A stretch of DNA of 64,000 bases from Chrysemys picta bellii (lineage: Eukaryota), in the NCBI RefSeq assembly GCF_011386835.1, contig NC_088804.1, forward strand, positions 16,058,001-16,122,000, given 5' to 3'. The position numbers and the translations under genes are program-made. The notes under the pieces were generated by a model. It was not told the DNA's origin and made no database searches. It saw only the letters and a list, made by a program, of their open reading frames with translations. Shown one piece after another: positions 1 through 12,216 of the stretch. Numbering within the stretch: position 1 is the first letter of the stretch; every line of letters starts with the position of its first letter.

Positions 1-1739
1 CTTCTCACCCAGCCTCTGAGGAGATCCCCAGGACATTGCCTGGCTGTTTGGGAGAGGAGTTGGAGCCTAATGGGCAGTAGAAGAGGAATCATCATCAGAA
101 CCCACTACACAGGGAAGTCTTTGTTTTTTCTGGTTCATGAGGCCACTTCACGTATGACCTGAGGTTTAGCTCTGACTTAGGGGTTTGCGTGACCCCCAAA
201 GGCTTTCTGCAAAATTGTGCAGACCCTCCTGGGTTTCAATAAAAACAATGAAACTCACCTATCTCGCACTCGTGCAGGCTTCAGAACCCCAATTCCTCTT
301 CAATGGAAGTAGAGCTCAAACCCTGCCCCATCCTTGATTTTTAAGGGTCGACAGTGAGCCCACTCCCTCCCTGTAAATGAGATTTTTTTTTTAAACTTCA
401 TCTACAGTCTTTGGGTCTGGAAAGATAAGCTGCTCACCCACCTCTACAAGATTGTGCTGATTCCATCTGGCACCTGTCCAGGGCCAATTTATCATGATGT
501 GGGGCTCAGATGTCTCAAAATAAATCATACAAGAGCCACTGGGTGCCCCTTCCCCAGACAATAGCACAACGTAAGAAGAAAACCAGAGCCTTTGAAGTGG
601 GGGAGACTATAGGCATGCTAGACCCAGTGAAAATCGCTGTTAGGCCCAACCTACAACTTGCTGAATCTTAGCAAAAGTCACAACTGATCATGGTGAGTTT
701 CACTTCTGTAATAAAACTTGGTAGGTTTCAGCTGCTTTTGAGTTTCATGCAGCAGTACTGTGTGTTGGTGAGGTGCCACGGCATTCACGACAGCCCAGCC
801 AACTCACCCACTGATTAGCTGTGGGTTTTTACTTCCCACTATTTTGAACTTTGCCATGTTGGGCTGTACCTTTGGAGGAATGAATTTGTCTGTCTTTAGT
901 AAAAAGTGAATCATAAATGCTCTCTCTTCATACAAAGCCACTGCTATCAGCCCACAAGGCAAACCCAGGCAGTTTTCTGTTTTCCATTTACCATATTTTC
1001 AATTGATTGGCTAGTGATGTATATGCTTTTCAGGCTCTTTGTTCCCTCTCTTTCAGATTGGGAATCTCACTGCCTGAAATCCTGGGGATAACATTATAGA
1101 TTTTTTTTTCTTACACACAGAGATCTTTAAACACAAGGCATACCTGAGTTGCTACTCCATCTAGCTTTAATTCAGTCAGGGTGTATAGCACAAATTACAT
1201 ACTGAACACTATCATATTGCTTCTTTACACAGTATAAAAGAATGGAACTTAAAAGGGAACAATCCTCGGCCTAGCTCTGAGCCACAAAGATAACAGGAAT
1301 GGAGATGTGGGCATGGGAGAACATCTTAATATTAGGGGCAATAAAGCAGGTTAATTTTCATCTTATTTGTGTTTTAATTATAAACTAAATTATAATTTAG
1401 TTTGGAAGGGATGGATATCATTGAATGGAAAAGGATGAGAAGGGGAAAAAATGTTTGTAGGTCGACAGTTATGCCTGCCATCCAGCATGGATATTTAATT
1501 CGAATAACTAAAAGAAGATTGGAGACATCTGAAGTGAAGATATCAATCAGTAGTAAGATAGTGATGGGACAGGAGAGAAGAGGACCAGAAAGATTACAGA
1601 ACAAAGTGTGTGTGTGTGGGGGGGGGGGGGCGGGGGTGAAGAGAGGGGATGACCAAATGTGAGGATTGCATAAGGGGCTATGATAAATAAGACATTTTCC
1701 AAGTAAAAAGGAACAAGAGATCACTGGAAGAGGCAGTGG

Positions 1740-3010
1740 AGCTTCAGACATAGCAAAGGTAACCTATTGACAGAAGAGGCATGTATTTCTAAAATATTAA
1801 ACAAACACTTGGACTCAGTTCTCACAAAGAAGGCTGGGGTAATAGAAGACCAAAAGAGACATAGATGGAACATGGAAACAGAATAGGGAATTAGTACATA
1901 CTCCAGGGAAACTGAAAAAGTTCAAGACTTCAGAAGAGACATCCTGGCATACTAAGAGAAATGATCAGCTGCAGAAGGAGACAGTTAGATTATTAGTGTT
2001 GGAAATGCTGGGCATGACCTGGGAAATAGTGACTGGTTATAAATACTTGATGGACTGAAGTGCAGACAAGAGCTTTTAACCCCAGCCTCTCGTTAATCCA
2101 TGGAAAATACTCCAGATTGTGATGGTTCATGGCTGACAGAACAGACCCCAATTTTTGTACATGGCAGCCTTCAAGGTCCTTCTGCTCCATCTGCTCACTT
2201 CTGCTCTATCCCAGAAAGCAAGCTCCCAAAAGGGGGCAGAGGTGGTTGGGGAGGAGGTGAGTCCACAGCCCCACTGCCTGATTACCCCACTGAGCAGAGA
2301 TGGTACACAGGGCGGAAATAGAGCACATTACTCCCCCAAGGCAAATTTCAGAAGTTGCGACCTGTGATATTGGCTTCAACATTAGAGAAGCCATTGTGAA
2401 CCTTAATCAGAAAGAGAATAGAGAAACCTCACAAAAGTCCTGCTTGGAACCAGAAGAAATGTAAGATATACATTTAAAATGCCACAATGGGCAATGGAGG
2501 ATAGCAGAGGATACAAATGTGCACTTCTTAATGAAATAAATTCAAACAATTCTGAGATGTGAATACAAAGTCATCAAATAGTATGGTATCAGTGAGCGAT
2601 TACATTATTTTGGCAGTACATGAGAGACTGGGTAACCAGAATTGCAGACTAATTATTAAAAAGATATCCTACAAACAGAGAGAGTGCAACAGAATGCAGC
2701 CAGACTGATATGGAGACAGAGGATCTTATTTATTTATGAAGGTTAGAGAAACTAGGTCTGTATTCTTTAGAAAAGAGGAAATTAAGAGGTCATCTCACCA
2801 GGTTAGAGATAATTCTGAAGGGACTAGAGAGGATAAATGCTACAAGGCTGATTGAGCTACTCTCAGATACAAGAACAAAGAATCATGAACGTTGGAGAAT
2901 TGTCCAACAAAAATATTTAGTCAGAATTTCTTTACAGACTGAGGAAACAGGCCAATGTCTGAAATATACTACCAAAGGCATCAATAGGAACAACAAATCT
3001 AAACCGTATT
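1740..3010 (+). mobile_element. Ancient, heavily degraded CR1-clade LINE ORF2 remnant (endonuclease C-terminus to RT C-terminus, with deletions/insertions)
   Basis: LDxVLT-like segment (ttggactcagttctcacaaag, ~1809-1829); ERVQxxAxRLI-like segment at ~2678-2710; YEERLEKLGLYSLEKR-like segment with frameshift at ~2734-2777. These recall CR1 ORF2 motifs. Boundaries approximate. Confidence 0.55.
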
Positions 3011-3839
3011 TAAAAGATAGTGGATTTAAGATTTTTTTTGAAAATGTGATTGAAGTGGAATATTTGCACATGCAAATAAGTCAGTTAAATCCATGCACAA
3101 ATTAAGCACATCATTGTTCATACAGTCTTGTTTTTTTTCAGTTTTTGGTTTTGTTTTGCATATCTGGCCTTAACTACTATATCTGAAGGGGAAAATATAT
3201 TATGGAACAGAAATGCTAACTCAGAGAGTGGACATAGATCTAGACAGGCTTCTTGTGACTCAGCTACCATAAAATTTCTTATATTTTACCCTAACTACTT
3301 ATATAACATTTTTCCTGAGAGACTCCTTGTACTGTGCAGTCCAAAATAATAATACATTGTACATAGAGAGAGAGAGTGTGAGGAAAATCTTCAGAAAAAT
3401 GTTTGTGTGTTATTTAACCTGTGTGAATGAGTGCTCATCTTATGTATTGTGTATGCCGCTGATACGGGGGGATTCTGTGATGTCTGGGTCATAAAGGTTT
3501 TGGTTTAAAAAAACTGACTGTACATGCAGATGATAAACACTTGTACAAAATAAAATGTTGTATATTCAAAGGAACATACTTATTTTGACTCTACAGAAAA
3601 GACTGAAAGTGTTTTAATGGATGGGTTTCATCAAGGCATGCCTGCCTGAGACCTTCAACAGGAATTGCTCGGAATACTTACCCATCTTTCTCTCCTGTAG
3701 AATAGCTCTTAGTGAAAAAGATGTAGCTAAAATAGTTGGAACAAAAAAGAGAGTGACACATTTCATTCCAGGACAGAAGGCAAATAAACTCCTTGTCCTA
3801 GCCACTAGAACTGGAAGGGTTCCCTTTTTAGGTACCATA

Positions 3840-4210
3840 ATCTAAGACTACTCTACTTGAAGCTATAATGTGGGATTATTCAGAAGCTGAGATTAATTAG
3901 GAATGTGGCATCCTGCTTGCTAATATCAGCCTTTCCAGGGAGAGCCTATACCACCACTACTTCAGGCCAAATCTCACTGTGCACTTCCTGGCAGAATTCT
4001 CGGCATTACATGTGACTTTTAAAGCCCTAAATTAGTTGGATCCAGGTTACCTGCAAGACTACTTCTCTCCATGTACCATACTCCTGCAACTAGAATCGAT
4101 GGAGATATTCAAGCTGGAGTGCCCTCAATACAGAAAAGAGAGAGCCATCGGCAGAGGCCTTTGTGGTCTGCCAGAACCCGGATCACTTATTTCTCAGGCT
4201 TTTGAGGAGG
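3840..4210 (+). mobile_element. Degraded L2-type LINE, RT C-terminal fragment
   Basis: Translation VHFLAEFSALHVTFKALN*LDPGYLQDYFSP...RAIGRG resembles the L2 C-terminal motif LPVxFRIxFKVLxLTFKALxGLxPxYLxDxL...GxRAF; ends in the typical tttctcaggctttt segment. Confidence 0.6.
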
Positions 4211-5039
4211 GGACAAGATGGAGGCTGGGTGGGGTTATTTGTTAATGCAGCAAAACCAAGTTATAGAGTGGGAGTGAATTATGAATGTACAAATGATCAG
4301 CAGTGGATTAAGCAGTTCAGAGCAAGTACTGATTACTGTGTGTTTGAAATATTGGAAGGGACACCCAAAGCTATGGATAGGTGCTTCTAGTATCTATGAT
4401 TTATAAACTGAAATAAATGTCTCACCCTAAAAAACAACAACCCATAGACCTAAAACCATATCAGGAACGTTCCTTGACGAGGATCTGCTTCAATATATTC
4501 ACTCAAATGACATGGTCTCCTTCCCTCCTGATCCTTCCAAAACAATGAGGATCCCATATTGGTTCAAATCCAGGGACCCAGAGCCCACCTGAATAGCAAG
4601 TTGTACACTGGATATCTGTGAAGGAGACGGGGTGAGGATTTCTCCCTCCAATTTGTGGATCAGTGCTACAGACACTCTGCAGAGTCCATTTTAGGCTAAT
4701 GGCTGAGTTAGTTCTAATGCTGTCGCACCACAGAAGAAAAGGAATGGATCTTTTGCCATGGTCCCATCTGTCTCCATGTAGTTGTCTGCACTGCATAGTG
4801 ATACCCATCCCTGGTGTGGGCCCTCTTTGCTCAACAAATCCACATTGGTTTCTCTGTCAAAGGGACCACCACCGCTCCATTGTGTGTAGAATACAAGTGA
4901 ATTTTCTATAACAATTGCTAATACTCAGAAAGAATAAATAATTGTCATAGAAGCCTTATCTCAGAGCCTGCAGAGAACAAGAGAGCATTACAAGCCAGAG
5001 TATAATATAAAGGATTTTTTTATCTATAAAGTAGAATAG

Positions 5040-5470
5040 AGCTTGATTTTTGTAAAGCACCTTTCACGCTCAAGGAATGGCAAAACACTGTATGAAGCAG
5101 TGAGTTACAGTTGTGGCTGTTCAGTACAGAGCAGTGACTGGTTTAGTGGTTCAATGCAAAGTCATTATGCGCTCAGCAATAGCTCACGCGCAGCCTTGGC
5201 CATTAGAAGATGTCTTACTGAGATAGGGAATGTTAGCCAGGACACCAGCATTATCCTCTATTCTTTTCAAAACGTCTCATGGGATTCTTTCTGTTCCCAT
5301 GGGATAGGAATCGGAGTTGGAAAGAAGGGAACTTTGGTTTCATTTCTCACTAAGGACAGCAATTCGGACAGCACTGTTCCCTTTTAATGGTGCATTGTAA
5401 AGTCAATAGTTGATATGGGTGTGGAACTTTTAAGCTCAGAACTGAGAGAGTTAGTCAGCCAGAGGGTCAC
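5040..5470 (-). mobile_element. Deu-domain SINE (AmnSINE/DeuSINE-like), near full length
   Basis: The + strand shows the reverse complement of recalled DeuSINE blocks in order: L2-like tail (cttgatttttgtaaagcacctttcac), gaatgttagccaggacacc, catgggattcttt, ctttggtttcatttctcactaaggacagcaattcggacagcac, then a degenerate tRNA-like head. Confidence 0.6.
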
Positions 5471-6358
5471 TGTATGCTTGTGAAATATCTGGCTATATAA
5501 CAACATGCTTCTTCCTGTTCTAGCATGAGGAACCGGACTTTTTTGAATATTTAAATTAAATACAACCAGACCACTAAATTTTTATCTATGCAGCAAGGCT
5601 GGATTTTCACAGGAGCCTAGGGGAGTTAGGCCTCTGATTCCTATTGAATTTGAATTGGACTTGTGTATCTAATTCTCTTAGGCTCCACTGAAAATCCCTA
5701 CTTCAAATTCACACAGAATAAATTCTGAATTCATAAACTTGACAATTTGTAATAGCACCCAGTTAGCTATACTCACCCAGTAAAGTAACAGAAACTATAC
5801 CAGGTGACAGTTTTGATTGACACATCAAACAACCCTGCACAACACAGATTTTGAATTTAACAATGTATAACTTGTGAATAGATCCAAAAATTATTCAAAA
5901 TAAATAATTTGTTTCAGACTCTGATTCAGCAAAGCAGCTCAAGTTCAGCTTAAATCTTTTGCTGTAAAATGCATCTTCAAGTTTTCCTTTGTTAAAGCAT
6001 CTTAACGTTTTTAGCCTAGGAACAAGTCATTACTCAGCTCTGTATTCTCAAGGGGCGAAAGTCACTTCTCACATAAAGCCATTTCCCCCCTCTCTTTGTG
6101 AGTATGAAGAATGAGTGGGAGGGGTGGATGGGCAGAGAGCCCGCCCCCCACTACTCCAACAGCTGCGGACTCTGCATGCCACTTGTGTGGTTCAGTAAGA
6201 TCCATGTTAATAAGGGTCCCACCTTTGCTAGCTCTTGTATGCTGACCTGTTGAGGTTTAGGCAGGGGCTCGCTCACTGGCACTTCTTAACTTCTCCACCA
6301 ACACTTCATCCACATTCCACTCACAATACCACTAACCTTAAGTTAGTATGGAGAGACA

Positions 6359-6804
6359 TAGGGTTCCCATATTTCCCAAAGGGAAAAATGGGACACAGTG
6401 AGGGACTGGCCCAAGCTGTTGGCCCAACTCCCTCCCCCAGGGCTAGCCTGAGCAGCTCGCCCAAGCCCTGCCTACCCCCTGCGCACGGCTGGGGCTGCCT
6501 GAACCCTGCCTGCCCACCACACATTGCTTAGGTCACTGCTCACCCGATCTCTGCCTGCCTCCCCCAAGCCCTGTCTCCCCCCTGCGTGGGGCTGGCATCG
6601 CTGCTTGCCCCCCCCCCACGTTTCTCCGCACGCACCCCACTTTTTTGACAAAAGTGGGCATTTGTCCTGTTTTCTCTTGCCAACTGATCAAGTCGGCAAG
6701 AACAAATGGGACAAATACGCACTTTTGCCAAAAAAGTTGGGATGGCTGGGACAGGGCTTAAAAAAGGGACTGTCCCGGCCAAAATGGGACATATGGTCAC
6801 CCTA
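6359..6804. mobile_element. Non-autonomous hAT-type DNA transposon (MITE)
   Basis: TIRs tagggttcccatatttccc (6359) and gggacatatggtcacccta (ends 6804); flanking 8-mers gagagaca / cagagatg match only 5/8; internal ~100-bp palindrome at 6639-6737. Confidence 0.75.
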
Positions 6805-7888
6805 CAGAGATGTAACTCTGATCCTGCAAATTACTCCACACAGGGCGGACACCTTCTCCCCACTAAAGTCAATGGGGTGCTGTGGACACAGGGGTCTACT
6901 CAAGCAAAATAATTTGGAGAACTAAGGCCTTAATACATGTGGAGGGCCCTGCAGTAACCCACATCAGCAGGGTGAAAAAAAAAGTGAAAGTTTTAGAGAA
7001 CGCTTTGCCAAGCAATACCTTTGGCAGGAGTTTCTTGCAGTAAAAGACATCAAAATATTTTAGTCTTTCATTTTCTATAATTATTCTGAATTGCTTCACT
7101 AATAACAGCCTTGTCTTGGAGAGTCACAAGTTAAGAACTAGAATGGGCCTTGTAATTACATAATGTTCTTTTTGTGAGAACTGCCATAAAAAAAGACTGC
7201 AATCTCATTACATAGAGATTCTAACACCTTGCCCTCCCTTACTACTGGACACCCCGTTCCGGATCATCGTGCACATTGGAAGTCACTTAAATTCATAAAA
7301 ATAATCCAATAAAATGTAACATTTAAATGTCAGAGAATAGGCCTTGTAAAAAGAAGGAATTTCTAGTTGTCAAATCAATGTACAAGATAACACAAAAAAT
7401 ACTAATGAAAAAGAAAGAAGCCATTGTCACTGTTAGTAGTAGGGGTATATTGCAATTCGTATGATGATTTGATATTTGTGAAGCAAACAACTTACTCAAA
7501 AATATGTTTTCTTTACCAAGTTGTGTATTTAACAACTTCCTTCTTGACCAGTTCATTGAGTACTGAAGGATGTATTCCACAGTTCTTAGTACCTGGAATT
7601 GCATATTTATTTTTTCAATGGGAAAAACTATAATAGCTTTAGCAGAGAACACATACACATAATTTACCTGTACACTTTAAACAAGAAAATATCACAATTG
7701 TCATCACAGCTCACTTGACTTTGTTTGAACATGCTTTTTAATGAAAATGTCCCAATCTACCTTGTGAAACATTTAATATTTAGAATATATTCCTTTAAGA
7801 TCCATCAGAAGAGGCAAAGCTGCAAAACAATGCCTGGTGCTGGAGCATTGTGAGTCTAGTACAAAGGAATGAGGTGATTCTTTCTTTC

Positions 7889-7902
7889 AGGTCAGAAGGT
7901 CA
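7889..7902 (+). promoter_or_regulatory. Perfect DR2 nuclear-receptor element AGGTCA-GA-AGGTCA (candidate RARE)
   Basis: Exact consensus direct repeat with 2-nt spacer; a third half-site CAAGGTCA at 7951-7958 and a forkhead motif GTAAACA at 8015-8021 lie nearby. Motif evidence only; function untested. Confidence 0.4.
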
Positions 7903-9687
7903 GGCTTCACTGCATTAATTTTGCTGAGTCCCTTTGTTATAAATAACAAACAAGGTCATTTATTTTCACTTCCTTGTTTCTAATTGCATGCATCTCCTTT
8001 GGAGTATGAACTCAGTAAACAGGTGGCTGAAATGCTGGGGGAAAAGCTTGAAGCTGTTCCAGAAAAGAGGGCACGTCCCACACTGGTAAAGTGGTTTGAT
8101 GAGTTAGAGATTTAGTCATAGCAGGATGTGCACCTGCTTGAAAGCAAACACACTTCTGTTTGGCACAGGCAGGTTCATGTAAATTAAGAGAGATTATTTC
8201 ACTCTGAATGCTGTGTTGATATTTGATCAAATTTAACATTTCAAATATAATCACAGTGTGTATTAATGAAACAAGTTCTTTTCAGCTGATTCTGATTTCC
8301 CCCTCCCCTCCCCTCCGCCCTTCGATGGGTATTACAAATGAATACTATTTTTCCACTGGCTGGGTCTACAAAAACGAATATTTCTCAAGAGGAGAACTTT
8401 ATCAGAGAATCATTTTGATCGTAAGTAACTGCATGCACAAAAAAAATGTAATAACAAAAAGCTTGGACTTGTGACTGAAAGGCATAAACAAGTCTTATTG
8501 ATATATTTTTACTCTGAAATTAACTGCCAACAAATTAAAGGGCACTTGCTGAAAATGAAAATATCTGGTTTATCTCTTTTGAGCCAGATGTTCAGCTATC
8601 CTATGCTCAGTCTCTAAATGGGCTCATGTGCAACTTTTGCATGTGCCGTTACTGCATTTGCATATGAAAATGCAGTAAATGTTTAAATTAGAAGCTGCTT
8701 TTTGCAGATATAGGGTCCTTGCCTATACGTAAGGTACAGAGCATTTCTTGAGACATACTGTGGGCTGTCAACTCCCATTGATTTTAGAGGCAGTTGGTGG
8801 CATTCAGAACTGGGTCCCAGATTGTACTCTCAGTGGATGCAAAAAGGGCCCTCTTTCCAAGGATATCCCAATTTCCACTAGGAGTGAGAGCATCACCTCC
8901 TTGTCCCTGGGCTCTGTGGTGAAGCCCTCTGCAAGCTTAGGAAACTGTGTGTGGGACGAGGGCAGGCTGAGGTAGGAAGAGAGGCTGGGGAAAGAGAAAG
9001 GAAGAGAATATGTTTTACAAATCAACCTAGACAGGATAAACAAACACTTTTTTTGTTTTAGTCACTTCATTTTAAAAGGCAATAAATAATCTTACAGCAG
9101 CCTAAACAATTGTTGATTATTTAGGCTGCTATAAGAATCAATGTCTTTTATTGTAGAGCATTGTATTTAGCAGTGAACTTGGAAGATGTTTCAAAACATA
9201 TGTAATTGGTATGGTTTTGCCCTTGGCTGTATTGTTCAGTGTTACGTATGCATGGTAATGGTAAAAACAGAGTGTGGCACTTGATTGAATGTGAGTTTCC
9301 AGGGTCTGAGAGCAGTGGGTGAAACCTGCCTTCAGCACCAGAGTGTGGAAGACCCAGCCTCCTGAAGCAGCAGAAAAAAATCAGTGTCAGAAAAATCAGA
9401 AAAAACATCAGTATGTTGTATAATTAGATTTCACCAACCCAGTAACCAGTGTGAACACCTAAAGCACTATAACAGTCGTACCATGGAGTCACAGACAGTC
9501 CCCTTGGACATTCCAGTCTATCTTGCTACCCAGCAAGTTGGACTATGTGATAGATGGTCACTAAACACTAAAAATCACATTCCATAAAGTCTAAATACAT
9601 TGTTACAGCTCTAATATCTATTTTGATAATGCTAACACACATTAACACAGGTGAGCCAGACTGGTTTCCAGCTATACATTTGTAAGT

Positions 9688-10283
9688 TACTCCTGGGGGA
9701 AGTTAGGACCAAAAAAAATAAAAAATTCTGTGCACAATATTTTAAAATTCTGCATATTTTGTCAAAATAACACAATATAATCACGCTAGTTACAATTATT
9801 TTGGTAATACACCTCTACCCCGATATAATAGTGTCCTCAGGAGCCAAAAAATCTTATCGCGTTATAGATGAAACTGCGTTATATCGAACTCGCTTTGATC
9901 CACCAGAGTGCGCAGCCCCACTCCCTCCCCCAGAGCGCTGGTTTACCGCGTTATATCCGAATTCGTGTTATATCGGGTCGCATTATATCGGGGTAGAGGT
10001 GTATATACCTGTCAGCAAGTATGTCTGTAACAATACAGACAACAAAAAAGATTCAAGAAATGTCACTAAGCTGGGGCTCCCGCTGTCAGCCCCACCATGT
10101 GCGGGGCTAACAGCCCAGACACCCAGAGCCAGCCATGTACAGGGCTGGAATTTGTGATTTCCACCAAAAGGAAGCATTTTGGTGGAAATCAAAAATTCTG
10201 CGGGAAAAAATAGAATTCTGCAGGGAGCATTAATTCTGTGCAAATTATGCACTGTGCAGTGGTGCAGAATTCCCCCAGGAGTA
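9688..10283. mobile_element. MITE with TACTCCTGGGGGAA termini and 6-bp flanking duplication (host of a nested MITE)
   Basis: tactcctgggggaa at 9688 and ttcccccaggagta ending 10283 are exact inverted repeats; gtaagt flanks both sides (9682-9687, 10284-10289). Confidence 0.75.
9810..10001. mobile_element. Tc1/mariner (pogo/Tigger-like) MITE nested in the previous element
   Basis: Perfect 20-bp TIR cacctctaccccgatataat (9810-9829 / 9982-10001) flanked by TA on both sides (9808-9809, 10002-10003). Confidence 0.9.
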
Positions 10284-10594
10284 GTAAGTGTTCAGTGAGC
10301 CTGGGGACCTTGGCATGAGCTGGCATCTGTTTCCAGCATCACAGTCAGAATTAGAGTGAATAAATTTACTCTGTAAAAAAACAGGCCTCATCCTTGAAGG
10401 TATAACAATGTGTTTAAAAGATGATATTGGAGTGCTGTGTGGGTCCCTAGATTGCGTTTTTAGGAAATGGGGCCCCAAGTCAGAAAAGCACTTAAGCACA
10501 TGCTTAAGTCACTCTCTATTAAAAGACCCCTAAGCTCATGCTTAACTTTAAACATTTTTCAAATTAGGTCTTATCATCTCTTATTTATATTGTG

Positions 10595-10680
10595 GTAGCA
10601 TCTAAAGCTCCAGTCATGGACCAGAACCCAATTGTGCTAGGCACTATACAAACACAAAACAAAACGATGGTATATAAAAT
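10595..10680 (-). mobile_element. L2-like 3' tail fragment
   Basis: cccaattgtgctaggcactatacaaacacaaaac resembles the reverse complement of L2/MIR-family 3' ends. Confidence 0.4.
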
Positions 10681-11447
10681 AAAACAACATATTCTTACAG
10701 CATTTCTGTATTACATGAGTCAGTGTGATATTTTCCATTATATAAAGTTAATCTTTGCTGAAGCACACTTCCTTGTTATATTCCACGAACACAGTTGTAA
10801 GTCCTATTTTCTTTTTTTTTTCTTTTTCCAAGGAGGGATGAATAATGTATGTCTTCTGTATTTCTTGCTATCTTAGAGAGTCCTTTTCACTGGAAATTTT
10901 CACAAGCAACATCTCATTTAATTCTCAAAAAAAGTGTTTCAGATTTGCAGATGAATATATCTTATCTGAAAATTCAATAAAAAGAAACCAGATATCTTGC
11001 TATTTGCTTTTGCATACCTTGTTGACTTTTTAATTTGATGCACTAACAACTCCATTATGCTATGTCCCAAACTCTATTGTAGCAAGTACTTACAGAGTAA
11101 AGTGTTTTCTTTGTCTAATTCCCAGCTAATAAGAACCATGCTACTACTAATAAATGAGTTATTAAAGATTTATAATCTCAGATGGCTACGTCATTAATTA
11201 GGAGACCTAAAACGATAACTAATGAGTCCTTAAGAAGATCACTTCCAATTATTGACTAGATTTTATTCCAGTCCTGCCCCAATAAAATTGTGCTTATGGG
11301 CAGTCTCACCAGATATGAATAAATCTTATATTTCCACATCTTCTTGACCATTGGTCACTGGTTGTTTTATAATTTTTTAAACCTGTGTTGGAGCAAGGTA
11401 CCATTAATACAACATCTTAATAAAACATTATTCCTTTAGAATAGTAC

Positions 11448-11818
11448 TGTGAAGGCGTGCATAGACCCCATATGGACCAGGAAGGTGACAGAGAGGGCTA
11501 GCCACATCCCTCCTGGCATGTCAATCTTGTATAAAAGGGAGGAAGCAGGGGAGGGTGTGGAGCAGGATTGCCCTAAACAGTAGACTGCAACGGTGACTCC
11601 TGAAGCTGTGGCGGGAACTCTTAGCCAGGAGACCTTCACCCCAACCCTGACGAGAGTGCAGCAAATTCCCAGGATAAGACAGAAAGGCTGAGCCTGACTC
11701 AGAGGCCTAACCAGAGTGATTTTCCCAAGTCCCCCTATGGTGGTGCTTGATTGTTGGCAGCATTGTACACTTGCCACTCCGCTCCTGGGGCCACAGGGCA
11801 GGAGTATCCCCGAATACA
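11448..11818 (+). mobile_element. Possible solo LTR
   Basis: GC-richer block starting tgtgaagg, with tataaaaggg at ~11530 and possible ...aca ends. No TSD or poly(A) signal found. Confidence 0.25.
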
Positions 11819-12029
11819 TTAGAATTTGTGACTTTCATTTTGATTCCCCATCCAGAGAAACTTAGAAAGGCTCACAAAGAGCCCCACCCCTTGCAAATAG
11901 TAAGAAAGTGGGGCCTGTTTTGAGACCACCCAGTATAGATATTTGGGCATGGTCAGGTCTCCCACCCTCTGAGGGAGGAATCACCGAAGCCCCCATTATA
12001 GGTACATATGGCAGATGATCATTCCTTAA

Positions 12030-12216
12030 GGGGGGAGGAATAGCTCAGTGGTTTGAGCATTGGCCTGCTAAACCCAGGGCTGTGAGTTCAATCCTTGAGG
12101 GGCCACATCTGGGGCAAAATCAGTACTTGGTCCTACTAGTGAAGGCAGGGGACTGGACTCAATGACCTTTCAAGGTCCCTTCCAGTTCTAGGAGATAGGA
12201 TATCTCCATTTATTAT
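12030..12216 (+). mobile_element. Tortoise PolIII/SINE (tRNA-derived head, CR1-like 3' tail)
   Basis: Box A tagctcagtgg (12041-12051), box B gagttcaatcc (12084-12094), CR1-like tail ggactcaatgacctttcaaggtcccttccagttct, T/A-rich end; highly similar to the copy at 62072. Confidence 0.9.

Noticed and set aside
3614-3845. 74-aa ORF MGFIKACLPETF... that reads like a real protein
   Set aside because: No family recognised, no splice context, and it abuts an L2 remnant; treated as a chance ORF unless BLASTP says otherwise.
4400-4920. Possible retroelement coding remnant
   Set aside because: Composition suggests decayed coding TE sequence, but I could not match any RT/EN/integrase motif with confidence.
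12030-12100. tRNA gene call for this head (and for 62072-62140)
   Set aside because: A and B boxes are present, but the sequence continues into a CR1-like tail with no proper acceptor stem; these are SINEs.
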